Shown here: positions 60,901 through 64,000 of the stretch, piece after piece
How positions within the stretch are numbered: the stretch's first letter is position 1
How the letters are laid out: each line of letters begins with the position of its first letter
DNA from: Bugula neritina
Taxonomy: Eukaryota; Animalia; Bryozoa
Length of the DNA: 64,000 bases
Assembly (NCBI GenBank): GCA_964035545.1
Contig: OZ037769.1
Location: forward strand, 12,988,633-13,052,632
Direction: 5' to 3'
Made by a program: the position numbers and the translations under genes
The notes under the pieces: model-generated
What the model was told of the DNA's origin: nothing
What the model saw: only the letters and a program-made list of their open reading frames with translations
Databases searched by the model: none

Positions 60901-61729
60901 TTACAATATGGAGTTTAGTTAATTTTAATTTTATTGAATCCTTATTTTTCCATTCCGGTTAGTTTTAAGTGTGGATAATTGTCGTTTAATTTCGTGTATT
61001 TTCTCTCTGTATTTTGGAGTCATCTTCACCAAAATAATTTCAACGGAATTATCACAGTATCTTTTCTTTGAGATTGTTTAATGAAAAAGGGTCTTGCATT
61101 AAGTTTTCAGATTACCTGAATGTAACTAAAGGATTCTCCCAGTTCCACGCCCTCCAGTACTCCCTCTATACCTGCACCATAGTAGCGATGCTAGGAGGGG
61201 GCATTTTCCTAGCCTGCTCTCTCTTTATTGAGTCAGACAGGAAGAAGGCTGATGAAGTTGTACACGGTGAGTAGACTGTGTTCTTATAAACTCTTTTAGA
61301 TGTTTGTATTTCTAGTTTTCTGTGCTATGCAGTCTTTCTGTACCATGTGGTGCTAAGTCTACATCAGTAGTACTACATGAACGAAATACTGTATTGCATG
61401 CACTACATTTTAAACTACGTACGCTTCCTTATGTTACGCTATGCTGCATTACACTACGGTAATTTACATTATACTGCATTATATTGCATGCACTACAATT
61501 TAAACTATACTACTTATGTTACACTACTTGGTTTTTTGACTTTTATTTTGAAGTTGAGAGTTACTCTAACTACAAATATCTACTAATTTTGCAGTCATAT
61601 TTGTTGGAGTTGTGCTGGCAATCTCAACTACCTTTGACTTAGCACAATGTGTTTATTTTTAGCTTTACTAACATACTTCATGATGTTGTAGGGGGTGAAG
61701 ATGATGACCTCCCTTTCTTGACTGACTGA
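51948..61729 (+). CDS. SPNS1: Spinster/SPNS1-like MFS lysolipid transporter, 482 aa, 11 exons: 51948-52143, 52723-52925, 55155-55306, 56179-56245, 56970-57106, 57765-57896, 58466-58661, 59024-59089, 60741-60839, 61104-61266, 61692-61729
   Basis: 1449 nt in frame: [113 protein letters not shown]. Confidence 0.95.
52189..52373 (+). mobile_element. tRNA-derived SINE, copy most similar to 16036-16221
   Basis: gagcagccgtggtctaggggttagtaagcatgaagttatgggttcgaaccc (A and B boxes)...cagggatcgtgactataa. Confidence 0.8.
53397..54115. repeat. 34-bp minisatellite (~21 copies)
   Basis: Unit cctactgcagggcacatgtgttgtcatgtcataa in Spinster intron 2. Confidence 0.95.
54256..54883. repeat. 32-bp minisatellite (~19-20 copies)
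   Basis: Unit tacagtgtgctagtacattgtagtatgtagta in Spinster intron 2. Confidence 0.95.
55694..56039. mobile_element. MITE with ~71-bp near-perfect TIRs, flanked by TA
   Basis: TA|AGCCTAGGGCCACACGGCGCGTATTTTCGCATGCGAAAATT...AATTTTCGCATGCGAAAATACGCGCCGTGTGGCCCTAGGCT|TA. One mismatch seen between arms; CpG-rich relative to the flanks. Confidence 0.9.
56886..56975 (+). repeat. 42-bp duplication of the Spinster exon-5 splice acceptor
   Basis: ...atattatacatacctgtacgctgctgtag|gtta (AG ends 56927) and ...atattatacatacctgtacgctgctgcag|GTTA (AG ends 56969). Confidence 0.9.
57443..57600. repeat. 16-bp minisatellite (~10 copies)
   Basis: Unit tcackgagagtgtyag. Confidence 0.9.
57956..58248. mobile_element. 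MITE-like element with imperfect ~50-bp TIRs in Spinster intron 6
   Basis: cacactttgc...aaatgtcagccatttttaa pairs with ttaaaaatggccgacattt...gcaaagtgtg; TA at both ends. Confidence 0.7.
59081..60710 (+). repeat. 20-bp minisatellite (~81 copies) made of the Spinster exon-8 splice donor
   Basis: Unit atagtccta|gtaagtagtat with gtgagt variants. The first unit is the exon end (ATA GTC CTA|gt at 59089/59090). The array fills about 98% of intron 59090-60740. Confidence 0.97.
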
Positions 61730-64000
61730 GTGTGGGTGGAGAGATTCTAATCACAAAATTATACACTAATGAGCTCATGTACACAGTATCTGTCTGTATA
61801 TAATACTGCATATTCCATGTGCAGTGCTGTATATTTCACATACAGTACTGTATTTCATATACAAGACTGTATATTTCCATCATATCATTGACATCCTAAC
61901 TCTACTACATAGGTGCTGTAATATGTAGTATTAGAGTTGTCTGCTCAAGAAAAATATAATTTCCAGCAAATGGGATGGAAACATACAATACATTATTACC
62001 TGTGCATAAAGACACCTGGAAGGTGCTCATCTCACCCGTGCAGATCTGTGAAACTATTTCAAACTGTCTCCTGTGAGATATGATATATTCAACTAGGATA
62101 TTACCTCATTTTATTAATAGGTCATGTTTTTTTATAGATAATGCATATATATGTATTTTGAGTTTTTAATTCAAAGCTTGTAGCTTTTTTACTTGTATTT
62201 ACATATTATTGTTAATATTTATCATAGCTGTTGAAATAGACACTATATATGCATTTATTTATGAGTACAGATGTGTAATGGCCATTCCATGCACATTAAA
62301 CAGCTTTATTTTATAATTCTGATTTTGGTCATATACATGATTGCAAAATAAAATGCCAGTTTTTAAAATAAATCTAAATTGGATGCTTCTGAAAATAATT
62401 ATGCTGCATGCCAAGTGCAGACAACTACTATTTAAGTTTAAATAATTTGAACAGTACAATCTATATTTACTGTTGGAAAATGTTTGCATTTAGCAATTTC
62501 TGTGATGAATGTAATAAAAGATCAAATATTGAGATGGTATTAATTTGAGAGCCCTCTTCCCCACATGCATTAGCTACAATTCAGCATTTTACCATACACA
62601 AAACGTTTCTTGCTTACACTTACTCACCATAACAGCTGCAGTTTACTTTAGTTGTTCGCATGAATTTGAACATGTGTGTCAACAAAACAAATTGTTGAGT
62701 TTAAATTCTCAAAAAAGCTTTGCTGAGCATTTTAATTATCTTAATTTTAGTCCAAAGTCAGCCATATAATAGATTTCTGTCTTTCAGACATGAACATACA
62801 ACCTACTGCAGAAATTCTGAAGACTTGATTTTATTAGTTGAAAGGAATTTACCATATATGGTCATAATGCCTTCATATCCCACTTGCTTTCACCTGCTCT
62901 CTGCTGATTGTCAATGAGCTAGTCAGGTACCACTGGTGACATTGCATTGCTGAGAACTGGTGTAGTGACTTTATATGCTTTCTGAGAGTTACAACTCAGC
63001 AGTCAAATTAGGCCCTGGCTATAATCTCTCTCACATGAGCCTGCTGCATACACAGGTGAAGTAAATATTATTATGTGACATTTTACTTCGCATATTTTCT
63101 CTACATACATAGCAAAAATAAGGCTAAATCATATATAATTAAACTATATATGACTCGTATTATTTAGGAAAAGGGCAATGGCACAACATGGTATTTGCAT
63201 TAGAGTATCCATGTGTTACACCCATTGGTCATATAGCTTAATACTTATATTACAATGATTTTTCTTTCAATGATTCAATTTGATATCAATTCATTGGAAC
63301 ACAAAAGCTTGCACAATGCATTCTATACAATGTGTAAAACGCGTAGTGAATGAAGTATATGTTTACCTGCATTCAGGTATGAATAGGGCGTGTCATCCAC
63401 CGAGTAGTTCTATCAATACAGTATATAGCATAAAGCTGAAGTTCAAACTCGGCTTCATTAACAAATCAATATACATATGACTGTGCCATTCTGACTCTGT
63501 ATACTAGACTACTAACTTAACTAACTACTTTATAACATAAGTTAACACTTTAGATTGTACTAGGGAGTGCTACTATTCGAAGTATTGTTGACTAAAAATC
63601 TATACAGAATGTCTTCATCACATATTTTACAGGTTGGTTCATCTGCTACTAAAAACTAGTTTTAATGTTTTATTGATATTCATTTTAGTGTTTTCACTTG
63701 TTGAGTTTGTAAAGCTTGTTAAATATTATCCTAATTTAGCTTTTCTATTGTGTTGTTGTGTTGTTGTTACTGCTGTTGTGTTGTTTTAAGTTTTTTGGTC
63801 ATTCTCTAAAATGGAGTGGCTTTTACAATGTCTGTTGCCATAAACTTTTGGAGTAAGTACTATGGTCTGTTCATTTCCTGAAATCAAATGAGACTTACAT
63901 GCAATTCCGATTTATCTTATTGTTTCAAACTTACCACTTTTCTGTCATTGTAGGTTCTACTGATTGCATTGGCTGTTCACACCATCTCAACCCAAGTAAC

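Overview
AT-rich, intron-containing metazoan (invertebrate-like) genomic DNA; the species cannot be determined from sequence alone. Six host genes were reconstructed by hand exon by exon, each with a spliced length divisible by 3: a 2-TM protein with two PPxY motifs (9348-10686), SEC14-like CRAL-TRIO/GOLD (13841-27581), Mpv17/PMP22-like (30886-35080), an unrecognised tail-anchored Ser/Arg-rich protein with PP1-docking motifs (41529-45130), MTHFS (minus strand, 46157-48257) and Spinster/SPNS1-like (51948-61729). Two partial gene fragments also occur near the start. Three things stand out. (1) A 7.66-kb ISL2EU-type DNA transposon (19086-26743) lies in the last SEC14-like intron. It has an AT target-site duplication, about 1-kb near-identical terminal inverted repeats, and two convergent intron-containing genes: a SAP-SWIM-YqaJ exonuclease and a THAP-HTH-DDE transposase, each with one lesion. 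(2) Five introns in four genes carry tandem arrays whose unit is the exon-intron junction itself, up to about 85 copies of a splice site. (3) Triplet/hexamer-periodic mosaic tracts recur between the inferred promoter and first coding exon of five genes. The window also holds a decayed R4/Dong-type LINE fragment, four copies of a tRNA-derived SINE, several MITE/foldback elements and many minisatellites.
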